Shown: one piece after another, positions 38,257 through 46,690 of the stretch | Numbering within the stretch: the first letter of the stretch is position 1 | How the letters are laid out: every line of letters starts with the position of its first letter | DNA from: Candidatus Aenigmatarchaeota archaeon | GTDB taxonomy: Archaea; Aenigmatarchaeota; Aenigmatarchaeia; JACPZZ01 | Direction: 5' to 3' | DNA length: 64,000 bases | Assembly: GCA_016180965.1 (NCBI GenBank) | Contig: JACPAF010000001.1 | Span: forward strand, 10,111-74,110 | Position numbers and translations under genes: made by a program | Notes under the pieces: model-generated | The model's database searches: none | What the model was told of the DNA's origin: nothing | What the model saw: the letters and a program-made list of their open reading frames with translations, nothing else

Positions 38257-39246
38257 TTATTTTACAAGCTCGGTTTCCAGAGTTTCTTGGGGCGCCAAAT
38301 TAACGTCCAGTTTGTCCAGCAACTCGCAAACTTTACAAATTTCGCCGGAACATGGCTCTCCGCAGGTTTCGCATTCGGTTATTTCCGGCAACCCGCTTCT
38401 TGTTGCGGTCTCGCGTAAAACGGGCAGCATGGCGTCAAATGTGCGCAGGAAAGAGAATTTTGTGCCGGAGTGTTTTGCCTCAACGTCGTTTAGGAAATCG
38501 CGGACCTCGAACCGGATTCCGGAAACGTACGGGCATTCGCCCCAATAATTGCCGGCTTTCGTTATGAGTGCGTACAGGGCGACTTCTTTTTCCGGGATGT
38601 CGCGCAGCGGCTTGATGCGCGGGATAAATTTGGCATTTTTTACCATGGCAGGGCTCGGTCCCATGCGCGCAAGCCGTTTCAAATCGCCTTTTAGATAATT
38701 TATTAAAACCGCCTGCGCCTCGTCGTCCATGTTGTGGCCTGTGCAGACCTTTGTTGCGCCCAGCTCACGGGAGGCGCGGTTCAGCAAATAACGGCGGAAA
38801 ACCCCGCAAAACGTGCAAGAATTCAGGTTCTTGTTCTCGCCTCTGGCTCTTGCGGCCATTACGTCGTCGATGCTTTTTCCCAGATTGGTTTTAAAACTAA
38901 CAATGTAATGGTCGACGCCCAGCTTTCGCGTGAGCGATTTTGTCACTTCAAGGCTTTTGTCGCGGTAATGTTCAATGCCTTCGTCGATGCTAACCGCGAT
39001 TATCCTGATGTCTGGCCGTTCGCCGAATATCTTTTTCATCAGCGCCAAAGAGACAGAGGAGTCTTTGCCGCCGCTCAAACCGACGACGATAACTTCGTTT
39101 TTTCCCACCAAACTGTGCTCCCTGATAGTCCGTTTAACGCGCTTTTCGAACTGGTCTTTGAAACACGACGCACAATAAGAATTGCCTTCATACTTGCGGG
39201 TGTAAATCGCTCGCGCGCCACATGAACAGTTATCCACCGGAAACAA
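38257..39246 (-). CDS. ncsA: tRNA 2-thiolation PP-loop ATPase (NcsA/Ncs6/TtuA family)
   Basis: 329 aa. N- and C-terminal CxxC zinc fingers, SGGKDS PP-loop, CTFCGVFRR, GHNMDDEAQ. Confidence 0.85.
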   Translation of the reverse strand: MFPVDNCSCGARAIYTRKYEGNSYCASCFKDQFEKRVKRTIREHSLVGKNEVIVVGLSGGKDSSVSLALMKKIFGERPDIRIIAVSIDEGIEHYRDKSLEVTKSLTRKLGVDHYIVSFKTNLGKSIDDVMAARARGENKNLNSCTFCGVFRRYLLNRASRELGATKVCTGHNMDDEAQAVLINYLKGDLKRLARMGPSPAMVKNAKFIPRIKPLRDIPEKEVALYALITKAGNYWGECPYVSGIRFEVRDFLNDVEAKHSGTKFSFLRTFDAMLPVLRETATRSGLPEITECETCGEPCSGEICKVCELLDKLDVNLAPQETLETELVK

Positions 39247-39427
39247 CCTTCAGAATTTCAACATAATCGTTTTCTTTTATCGGCGAGTCGTCGGGCACTA
39301 TTTCGTTGTTTACGGAAACTAAAACAATTTCGGGGTTTATTTTTAACTCTTTTAATATTCCCAAGACTGTCTTGGAGCTTGTTTCCATCTCCTTGGCCTC
39401 TTCCAACCAGGCGATCTTGATCTTCAT
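39230..39427 (-). CDS. Ubiquitin-like sulfur carrier (ThiS/MoaD/SAMP-type) ending in Gly-Gly
   Basis: 65 aa. C-terminus ...EILKVVSGG. Overlaps the start of ncsA by 17 nt. Confidence 0.75.
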   Translation of the reverse strand: MKIKIAWLEEAKEMETSSKTVLGILKELKINPEIVLVSVNNEIVPDDSPIKENDYVEILKVVSGG

Positions 39428-39526
39428 GGCGTCACTAATAAGATAGTCAGATTTAAATAAAACTTCCGATACTTATCGGAACTTTACAGCCGAAAAGGAT
39501 GATGTATTACAAGTCCATATTGGTTT

Positions 39527-40162
39527 GTGTGCCCGAATAATTCTATCAAACTTGATCCCAACAAGGACGTACTAAAAGCTAGATTGTGCGGTTTTTTGGC
39601 TGCCGACGGCAGCGTTTTCATAAGAAAGGAGACCAGAACAGGAAAAATTCACCACTCTATGAGATTTTACCCTGACAACTTAGTACTAGCTCAACTTTTC
39701 AATGACGTGCTAAAAGGCGTTTACGGCAGAGAGGCGGCGATAAAGAGTATGGGAAATTATTACGCTCTATCTTTAACTAGCAAACAAGCTGTCACAGATC
39801 TTTTATCGATAGCCAGTTTCACGTCCAAAGGTTGGACATTTCCTGAAACCATTGTTACCAAAGATGCAAAAATCGAGTGGCTAAGAGCTTATTTTGATTG
39901 TGATGGTTATGTTGGTAAAAAATACATCCAGCTGCAATCGGTCAATGAAAACGGTATAAAAGTGATACAAAAACTGTTAGAAGATTTCGGAATAGAGTCC
40001 AAAATATACGATTATACGAGAAAGAACAAGTCCTGGAACATAAATTATCTGCTGAACATAAACAAGAGGGAAATGCGTATTAAATTTTTGAGAGAAATAG
40101 GGTTCAATCACCCATTAAAAAGGAAGAAATTGGAAAGTTTAATCAATGCCGAGGTCGCATAA
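39527..40162 (+). CDS. Free-standing double-motif LAGLIDADG homing endonuclease-like protein
   Basis: 211 aa, GTG start. Two LAGLIDADG motifs (LCGFLAADGSVF, LRAYFDCDGYVG). The last 15 nt overlap the 5' end of tRNA-Ser. Confidence 0.75.
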   Translation: MCPNNSIKLDPNKDVLKARLCGFLAADGSVFIRKETRTGKIHHSMRFYPDNLVLAQLFNDVLKGVYGREAAIKSMGNYYALSLTSKQAVTDLLSIASFTSKGWTFPETIVTKDAKIEWLRAYFDCDGYVGKKYIQLQSVNENGIKVIQKLLEDFGIESKIYDYTRKNKSWNINYLLNINKREMRIKFLREIGFNHPLKRKKLESLINAEVA

Positions 40163-40320
40163 CCAGGTCAGTGCACCAGATTAAAAAAGGTGATTCTCGA
40201 AAACTGGCGGGCGCAAACAGCTAGAAGCAACAGTAAACCGAAACATGTCATAGACATGTTTCAGTCTGAACCTGCTTCAGTTGGCGATTGCCCATGAGGG
40301 TTCAAATCCCTCCCTCGGCG
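40148..40320 (+). tRNA. tRNA-Ser-CGA: tRNA-Ser(CGA) with 30/31 mini-intron (40180-40194) and 73-nt hairpin insertion in the variable arm (40214-40286)
   Basis: GCCGAGG-TC-GCAT..GTGC-A-CCAG|15 nt|T-CTCGAAA-ACTGG-CGGGCG|73 nt|ATTGCCCAT-GAGGG-TTCAAAT-CCCTC-CCTCGGC-G. Discriminator G. The mini-intron has BHB core CACC/GGTG. Confidence 0.7.
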
Positions 40321-40527
40321 CTTTTAATTTTATTCGACCATTGGTTCGATAATTTGAACCGCCAATCGGTCTTACATCCTCCTGAGTGATCGCCTGCACC
40401 CGAGGGCCAATGCGCGTGTATTTTGCCATCTTCTTGTCGAATTGAACGCCACCACGCTGTTTTGAGAAGCCCGCTGTTCAAAAAACTTAAAAACCGCATT
40501 TTTACCAATAATCTATTAGGTGTTTCC

Positions 40528-40911
40528 ATGATAGCTGTTGTCGGCATTGTAGAGAATAACGGCAGGATACTGGTCGGAAAAAAGGTTTCCGGAAACAGTT
40601 TTCTTGCAGGCAAGTGGCACATACCAGGAGGCAAAGTTTTGCCCGGCGAAACGGATGAAATTGCGTTAAAGCGCGAGATGAAAGAGGAATGCGGAATAGA
40701 TGTTTCCGTAGGACGTTTTCTGGACGAATTTTACGAACCTGTCGCAGATATGCGTGCGAAATGGTTTTTGTGCTCTTGCGATGATGACAAATTAAAACCC
40801 GGCGGTGATTTGGCTGATGCCAAATGGGTTGATAAAAAAGACGCAATGGAAATCTGCGATAAAGACGCAATCGCGCGCTGGCCACGCAAAATCAAACGGT
40901 TTTTTGGTTAA
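40528..40911 (+). CDS. NUDIX hydrolase
   Basis: Start at the ATG at 40528. Nudix box GGKVLPGETDEIALKREMKEECG. Confidence 0.85.
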   Translation: MIAVVGIVENNGRILVGKKVSGNSFLAGKWHIPGGKVLPGETDEIALKREMKEECGIDVSVGRFLDEFYEPVADMRAKWFLCSCDDDKLKPGGDLADAKWVDKKDAMEICDKDAIARWPRKIKRFFG

Positions 40912-40988
40912 GCTTTTTATCAAAAAGGTTATTTTGGTTAAGCTTTTCAGGAAAAAGGTTATTTGGTTAAGCTTTTTATTAAAAAATT
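40904..40988 (+). repeat. Tandem direct repeat, about 30 nt x 2.8
   Basis: TTGGTTAAGCTTTTTATCAAAAAGGTTATT / TTGGTTAAGCTTTTCAGGAAAAAGGTTAT / TTGGTTAAGCTTTTTATTAAAAAATT. Each unit has a CTTTTT..AAAAAG hairpin. Lies between convergent genes. Confidence 0.8.
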
Positions 40989-40990
40989 CT

Positions 40991-41824
40991 TCATTCCCAA
41001 AATTCCTTGATTATTTCCTCGGATATCCGCGTTATGACGCGCTCAGGCACGAAAATTTCCATTGAAATGGTCTTGCCGTATTTTATTTTTTTCAATTCTT
41101 TCACGGTCCTGCGGAAATCTATTGACGCGATCCCGACCGGCAGGTGCTCGTCCATTTTCCCGTGGTTGTCGTGCATGTGTATGTGCTGGATGCGTTTACC
41201 GAATTTTTTGATGTGGTTCGAAATAGATTTCATGCCTCCGCCTATGAACGCATGGCCGATGTCAAGATTCACAGCGAGCCCGTCGACTTTTGAAATTATT
41301 TTTTGGAAGTCCTTTATCGATGACATTTCTGTGGTGTTTTCCAACATCACGACCATCGAATCACCGGCGTAATCCACCAGCTTCTTCATGTTCTCGATGT
41401 AGTTTGATATAACCTCTTTCAGCGTGCCGCGATCCGATAGCATCATGCTCTGCGAATGTGCGTGGAAAGTTATTTTTTCTATATTTATCCTCTTTCCCGC
41501 GTCTATGACCTTTTTACATTCTTCTAACCACGCGTCGCGCACTATTTCGTGCGGGCTGCCAAGATCTATCCACCACGCCGCGTGCCCGAGCGCGAACATC
41601 CTATGTTTTTTGATTATCCTGTTTATTTTGCCCGCCCTATTCGCGATTATTTTCGGCGACCCTTCCGGCTCCTCAATCCCGATTTCTACGAAATCAAAAT
41701 TAAGCGCCGCGATTTCACGTATTTCCTGCATCAAGTCCAATGAGGGATTTGTAGTTGTGCCGAACTTTGGCAGGCCTGGTTGATTGAAACGCATCTTGGA
41801 TGCGTTTCTGTCTGTCTCTACCAT
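40991..41824 (-). CDS. Sugar phosphate isomerase/epimerase (xylose-isomerase-like TIM barrel)
   Basis: 277 aa. FVEIGIEEPE, ITFHAH, LENT, NLDIGHAF, IHMHDNHG metal-site pattern. Confidence 0.7.
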   Translation of the reverse strand: MVETDRNASKMRFNQPGLPKFGTTTNPSLDLMQEIREIAALNFDFVEIGIEEPEGSPKIIANRAGKINRIIKKHRMFALGHAAWWIDLGSPHEIVRDAWLEECKKVIDAGKRINIEKITFHAHSQSMMLSDRGTLKEVISNYIENMKKLVDYAGDSMVVMLENTTEMSSIKDFQKIISKVDGLAVNLDIGHAFIGGGMKSISNHIKKFGKRIQHIHMHDNHGKMDEHLPVGIASIDFRRTVKELKKIKYGKTISMEIFVPERVITRISEEIIKEFWE

Positions 41825-41888
41825 GGAATTAGTTCTCCTAAAGCCAATTTAAATAGAAGCCTACAAAACGGTTTGTTCGGTATGTTGC

Positions 41889-41978
41889 AACAGACGCTTG
41901 GAGTATGCGTCTGTTTCGGTCAACCGCTGAATCATATGCATTTGGGAACTAGACTCGTATGATAGTATGAGTCTTGTT
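41889..41978. repeat. Two family hairpins upstream of tRNA-Val(CAC)
   Basis: AACAGACGC-TTGGAGTAT-GCGTCTGTT (41889-41915) and CTAGACTCGTATGA-TAG-TATGAGTCTTGTT (41949-41978). The latter ends 5 nt (ACGAC) before tRNA +1. Confidence 0.75.
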
Positions 41979-41983
41979 ACGAC

Positions 41984-42056
41984 GGGTCCATGGTCTAGTG
42001 GTTAGGACGTCGCGTTCACATCGCGGAGATCGCCGGTTCGAATCCGGCTGGACCCA
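41984..42056 (+). tRNA. tRNA-Val-CAC: tRNA-Val(CAC), intronless
   Basis: GGGTCCA..TCGCG-TTCACAT-CGCGG..GCCGG-TTCGAAT-CCGGC-TGGACCC-A. Confidence 0.9.
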
Positions 42057-42066
42057 ATAGTCGATT

Positions 42067-42102
42067 GAAGCATACCGATACAATCATAGGCATGTTTCTA
42101 GT
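42067..42102. repeat. Family hairpin (imperfect) downstream of tRNA-Val(CAC)
   Basis: GAAGCATACCGATA-CAATC-ATAGGCATGTTTCTAGTT. A further CTGAAACTTTCTT-CA-AAGAAAGTTTGTT hairpin lies at 42109-42136. Confidence 0.65.
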
Positions 42103-42134
42103 TACTGACTGAAACTTTCTTCAAAGAAAGTTTG

Positions 42135-42626
42135 TTATAATTTGCTCGAAAGGCTCATCTTCGACGATGCTATTTCCTCGCCAGTTTCCGCGTCAATTAC
42201 GGTAGAGATCACGTTAAAGTTTTTCAGGAATATGTTGACCTGCCACGTTGGCCCAGTTTCGGCGTTAGCGTTAGTCGATGTTCGTAAAACTGAAACCACG
42301 CGCGAAATGGATTCTTTTGGGGCTTTTGCCAGGCATTTTTTCATGGCTTCCTCCGGATCCATTTTGGCTTTGTCAATTTCCAGGGGCATTATTTCAGTCT
42401 CTTTCATAGGCGGCGATAAACCGGAAAATTCCATCCCGTTTTCCGTCGCGTTGAACGATGCTATTTCATTTTTCTCCCGATTGTAGAAATTTACGAGCGC
42501 AGAATTGGCTTTTGACTCAAGAGCGCTCGTGACCAACATAACTGACGAAAAGAAATAGTTTTGCTTATTCAGCTCTGAGACCCTTTTATTGGTTTCGACA
42601 AGGCTTTTAATCTTTTGTATATCCAT
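42135..42626 (-). CDS. Hypothetical protein (possible PepSY-like C-terminal region)
   Basis: 163 aa. C-terminal ...VIDAETGEEIA pattern is reminiscent of PepSY. Weak. Confidence 0.45.
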   Translation of the reverse strand: MDIQKIKSLVETNKRVSELNKQNYFFSSVMLVTSALESKANSALVNFYNREKNEIASFNATENGMEFSGLSPPMKETEIMPLEIDKAKMDPEEAMKKCLAKAPKESISRVVSVLRTSTNANAETGPTWQVNIFLKNFNVISTVIDAETGEEIASSKMSLSSKL

Positions 42627-42686
42627 TTAGACCTACGAACTAATAATTCAAGCGTAGAAGATAAATAAGTTAAAGTCGACTGAAAC

Positions 42687-42759
42687 GGGCCTATGGTCTA
42701 GTGGTTAGGACGTCGCGTTTACACCGCGAAGACCGCCGGTTCGAATCCGGCTGGGCCCA
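42687..42759 (+). tRNA. tRNA-Val-TAC: tRNA-Val(TAC), intronless
   Basis: GGGCCTA..TCGCG-TTTACAC-CGCGA..GCCGG-TTCGAAT-CCGGC-TGGGCCC-A. Confidence 0.9.
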
Positions 42760-42971
42760 CTGGCAGACTGATGCATATCTCGGATATGCGTCTGATCGTA
42801 ACCGCCCTTTTGTGATCAAAAGCGCTGGCGGAAAAAAATAATTATACGAATGCGTGTAAACAGGAAACGTTAGGCTGTGGGAAAGCAAGTTTTGTAATAC
42901 AAAACTGCTGCAGTTTATCTGAAGATAAACTTGCAAACCTCAGGTTTTCGTGGTCGACTGACGCAGAGGTA

Positions 42972-43012
42972 AACTGAAGCATATCGATAGTGCATACGGT
43001 ATGCTTCCAGTT
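42972..43012. repeat. tRNA-linked bulged palindromic hairpin (family copy)
   Basis: AACTGAAGCATATCG-ATAGTGCATA-CGGTATGCTTCCAGTT, ending 5 nt (GTGAC) before tRNA-Ala +1. Confidence 0.8.
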
Positions 43013-43017
43013 GTGAC

Positions 43018-43106
43018 GGGCCGGTAGATCAACGGTAGATCGCCACATTGGCATTGGAAAGAGACCAAAATTGTGGAGGCTTCGGGTTCGAATCCCGACC
43101 GGTCCA
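43018..43106 (+). tRNA. tRNA-Ala-GGC: tRNA-Ala(GGC) with canonical 37/38 intron (43054-43070, 17 nt)
   Basis: GGGCCGG/CCGGTCC with G3:U70. CCACA-TTGGCA|intron|T-TGTGG. BHB core TTGG/CCAA. Confidence 0.9.
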
Positions 43107-43309
43107 AATAACCTTTTAAAAAAAGGTTAATCAAAACTTAAGCTTGACCAAAATTCGTAAGACCCAAGCAAAGCTCATAAAACTGCTGCAACAATTCTAA
43201 TTTGCCCGATGAAGACACCCAATGGGCGGACTGAGGGCGCTATTTTTGCGTACCAGACACAAAACATGTTTTATTAAGAGTTTTGGATAAAAGTTAATCA
43301 GGGAGCCTT

Positions 43310-44494
43310 ATGGAAAGTTTTGCTGTTTTGCTTATAGCTTCGGTATTGTTCCTAGGATTCCTGTTTTTAGGAACTTACGCAATGGACGCCCAATATAACA
43401 GCGCCAGCGGCGGGTTCTGGGGCGGGCTATTTGGGCCTGCTCCTAAAAAAACATCGCTGATGAGGATCGATTTAACCTCGTTCCCGCAGTTCTTTATCGG
43501 ATTTACCAAGGAAGACAAAGCACGCACAGTCAGTTATGAGGATTTTTCCCTGGGCTCAGAATCGTCGATGAACATCAAGAATATTTTGTCACAAGACATA
43601 TCGAACGGGCTGTTTTCTAACGACGAATTATCACTGGATGTAAAGCTCGAACAGGCTACAGTTAGCGAGGCGACTGGAGCGACACTGGTGTTTGAAGTTG
43701 TGGATACTAACAATTACGGCAATCTTGTAGCCTCGTGGAACGGTAAAGAATATTTCAACGGCAAACCTCCCACGGGCAAGATTTCGTTAAAGCTTCCCAA
43801 AGAGTCGCTGAAGAGTGAGAATAAACTTGAAATAAAATCCACGGGCCCCGGCGCAAGGTTCTGGGCCAACTCCGTGTATTCACTGAAAAACATCAAACTG
43901 GATTTGCTGACAGTTTCCAAGAGGACCCTTTTCTTCGAGGTGTTCCCGGAAGAAATGTCGTCGTGGAGTTCTGGCGTACTCAATTTTAAGCGCGCGGATT
44001 ATTCTTCACAGAACGGAGTGATAAAAGCCTACGTGAATGGAAAACTTGTTTACAACAGATTTCCGAATGAGGGGGATAAAATAGAAATCGGACCCAATGA
44101 CATAAGGTCCGGAAGCAACCTGATAAGCTTGGAATCTTCAGCCGGGACTTTCAACCTAAAAAATATTTTCTTAAACGTGTTTTTGTGGAAAAACAGGACA
44201 TCTGGCATAACCAACTCGTTTGTCTTGGATGAAAGCGATGCAATGCTGTTAAACAAAACCGGATATACAGGAGTCATAGATATAACGATGGGCGAGATCC
44301 TGAAAGCCGCTCCGCTGGAAATAAGATTTTCCGAGAACAAGACGGTCAAATCTATATTCATTACGGAATTGAAAGACCGCGTTGTCGCAACTTTCGACGA
44401 GGACCAGGTTGTGGCTGGAAACAACACGATGACATTCGCAACTGACGGTTCCATGAGGATAGCTTCTGTTGACGTTTTCATCCAGGGTCGATAA
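43310..44494 (+). CDS. Secreted/anchored hypothetical protein
   Basis: 394 aa. N-terminal TM/signal, beta-rich remainder. First gene of a same-strand cluster. Confidence 0.55.
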   Translation: MESFAVLLIASVLFLGFLFLGTYAMDAQYNSASGGFWGGLFGPAPKKTSLMRIDLTSFPQFFIGFTKEDKARTVSYEDFSLGSESSMNIKNILSQDISNGLFSNDELSLDVKLEQATVSEATGATLVFEVVDTNNYGNLVASWNGKEYFNGKPPTGKISLKLPKESLKSENKLEIKSTGPGARFWANSVYSLKNIKLDLLTVSKRTLFFEVFPEEMSSWSSGVLNFKRADYSSQNGVIKAYVNGKLVYNRFPNEGDKIEIGPNDIRSGSNLISLESSAGTFNLKNIFLNVFLWKNRTSGITNSFVLDESDAMLLNKTGYTGVIDITMGEILKAAPLEIRFSENKTVKSIFITELKDRVVATFDEDQVVAGNNTMTFATDGSMRIASVDVFIQGR

Positions 44495-44496
44495 AA

Positions 44497-45822
44497 TTGG
44501 TCACGAAAGAAGAGCTGATAGAAAGATTCCGAGCGAAACAAAACCCTGAGAACCGCGAGGAACCTGCGCCCGCGGAGAGCCCATGGAAAAAAATTTTATT
44601 CCATTTTATTCTGGCTCTCGTTTATTTCATAACAATTTCCTGGTTCAAGTTCTGGACATTCGGGCTTTTCTGGATAATAATTTTCGTGCTAATCGGGCTG
44701 TGGGTATTTTCGATAAATGTTCCGAGTGTTTCGGAATTGATTATGTGGTCCATCATGATTGTTGTTGTGGTTGGCGGGATATTATGGCTATTCACATTAA
44801 GCCCGTGGCGGCCTGCGATAAACACCCAAGTCAACGCATTCATGACAGGTTTTAATAAAATTTCGGATACTATCGAAGAATACAAAGCCGGGCTTGATTG
44901 CATATTCAACCCGGGGCTGGAAAGATGCTTAAAAACTCCGGAAGCCGGCACGAAGCAAAGCTCGAGGAAAGGACTGGAAATAACAACGTTATCTTCCGAG
45001 TCTTCGGTGAGCGTCGGCAAGACAGCAAGATTATTCGCAGCCGTAAGAAACGACGGCGAGTCCGACGCGATTGTGAGATCGGCGCGAATGTACGGCGGGG
45101 AAGGCAGAACGTTCATGATGGCCGGCGCTCCGGAATGCACAGGCTGTGCGATAGGCATAACAAACGAAAAAATAATTCCAAATTCCAGGCGCGATTTGAC
45201 AGCAGACTTGATTGTGCCATGTGAAAAAACGTCCTCATTCCCATTTAGTTTGAACGTGGAATACGGATACAAAGTTACCGCGTCCATGCCTGTCGATGTA
45301 CTAAATTCAAAAGATTACGATGATAAGACCGCTGCCAAAGAAGCTTTCCTTTCCCAGCCTTCGGCAAGCTCGTCGAGCGGGCCTGTCATAGCAAGCATAG
45401 TCATAGGAGTGGAAGGCTACCAGCCGATAAAGGGCGGGACGAAAAACATACTGTTTGCCAAGTTAACGAACCTTGGACCGGGCACGTTCAAGTTGGAGAA
45501 TGCGAAAGTTTCCGTACAACCGGAAACTCAATTCATTGTTAGCAACTGCAAAATCAACGGCGCACCTGTTGGAAAAGACATAACAAACCTCGTTGACCCG
45601 TCAGATAGATCTTACTCTACAGAGAAATTTATTTCGCTGAGCTGTGACATGGACGTCAAAGATGTGGACGGGCAAAAAAGATTTATCGCGACAATTGACG
45701 CCAATTACTTTTACAACACAACAAGATCGTCGGAAATGGGCGTGGATCCGGCTGGCTATGACGAATGCAGCGCATCATCAAAAACTTCCACAATTGATAC
45801 GACCGAACCGCCAACTCCGTAA
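44497..45822 (+). CDS. Membrane protein with extracellular CARDB-like domains
   Basis: 441 aa, TTG start 2 nt after the upstream stop. Three or four TM helices, then beta-rich domains (LEITTLSSESSVSVGKTARLFAAVRNDGES). Confidence 0.55.
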   Translation: MVTKEELIERFRAKQNPENREEPAPAESPWKKILFHFILALVYFITISWFKFWTFGLFWIIIFVLIGLWVFSINVPSVSELIMWSIMIVVVVGGILWLFTLSPWRPAINTQVNAFMTGFNKISDTIEEYKAGLDCIFNPGLERCLKTPEAGTKQSSRKGLEITTLSSESSVSVGKTARLFAAVRNDGESDAIVRSARMYGGEGRTFMMAGAPECTGCAIGITNEKIIPNSRRDLTADLIVPCEKTSSFPFSLNVEYGYKVTASMPVDVLNSKDYDDKTAAKEAFLSQPSASSSSGPVIASIVIGVEGYQPIKGGTKNILFAKLTNLGPGTFKLENAKVSVQPETQFIVSNCKINGAPVGKDITNLVDPSDRSYSTEKFISLSCDMDVKDVDGQKRFIATIDANYFYNTTRSSEMGVDPAGYDECSASSKTSTIDTTEPPTP

Positions 45823-45857
45823 CGCATAGCAGCCAGAAGCATATCGCAATCTTCCAG

Positions 45858-46658
45858 TTAAGTTAACACGGATAACCTTAAAGTGTCGCGCAAACCCGGA
45901 GCGAGGCCCAGCATCAAAACTATTATTTTGAAAAATGAACGGGCCTGCTTGTCTTTTATCTCCCTGTCGAAAGAATAAAGCACGAATCCTATTACCAATA
46001 GTTTTAGCGGATACATCACGATCGGCCCGAAAATTCCCATCAAAAAAGTCGGGAGGAAATGCTGTTCCCTGTAGCCGAAAAATGCTATCGAAACAAAAGT
46101 TGACGAAGCATCGAGCATGTGAGCGGCCAAAATGTAAAAATTTTCTTTTGTTATTAATTTCGGCAGCTTCTTGTGAAGCATGTATACCAGATACGACGAT
46201 GCCGCGAACGATGCGGCTACATAAAAAACGCCGATAAGATTTTGGGCGCGCGAAAAAATAAAATATGTTATGATGAATGCGGGTATAAGCGCTATCGCGG
46301 AAAAGGTTTTCCAATATTCCACCTTGGCGTATTTCTTAACGAACATTGAAAATGCGAAGGATGCGAGGAACAAAGACAATAACAAAACATAACGAAGCGG
46401 CGTTTCCAGTATTGTAATATTGATCGATCCCATGTCCTGCAATACCCGCACAGCCGCGGAAAGGAACATGAATGAAGATAATGCAAACGCGAGCTTCCGG
46501 TCTATCCCCACATATTTCCTGAACACAACGTACAAAACATACGCAACGGAAATTATCAACAATGTGTGCACAAATGTTACGGACGGGCTGAAAGAATAGG
46601 TCGGTGCTGTCAGCGGATTCACTATGTAATTATCAATTAAATCTACCAAAACGGGCAT
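45858..46658 (-). CDS. Polytopic membrane protein (DUF63-like)
   Basis: 266 aa, about 7 TM. Overall resemblance to archaeal DUF63 proteins (tentative). Confidence 0.5.
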   Translation of the reverse strand: MPVLVDLIDNYIVNPLTAPTYSFSPSVTFVHTLLIISVAYVLYVVFRKYVGIDRKLAFALSSFMFLSAAVRVLQDMGSINITILETPLRYVLLLSLFLASFAFSMFVKKYAKVEYWKTFSAIALIPAFIITYFIFSRAQNLIGVFYVAASFAASSYLVYMLHKKLPKLITKENFYILAAHMLDASSTFVSIAFFGYREQHFLPTFLMGIFGPIVMYPLKLLVIGFVLYSFDREIKDKQARSFFKIIVLMLGLAPGLRDTLRLSVLT

Positions 46659-46690
46659 GGTTTAATATTTGGGCGCGGACTTATAATATC

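Noticed and set aside
39489-40152. LAGLIDADG ORF as an intron inside tRNA-Ser (exon 1 = GCCGA at 39489).
   Set aside because: I could not form a BHB at the putative borders, and a complete acceptor 5' strand (GCCGAGG) is present at 40148. Insertion upstream with a short duplication, or plain coincidence, is more parsimonious.
42691-43134. Three minus-strand track ORFs (81, 70 and 64 aa) between 42691 and 43134.
   Set aside because: All overlap tRNA-Val(TAC) or tRNA-Ala or the hairpin-rich spacer. Their composition is low-complexity and they have no start-context support.
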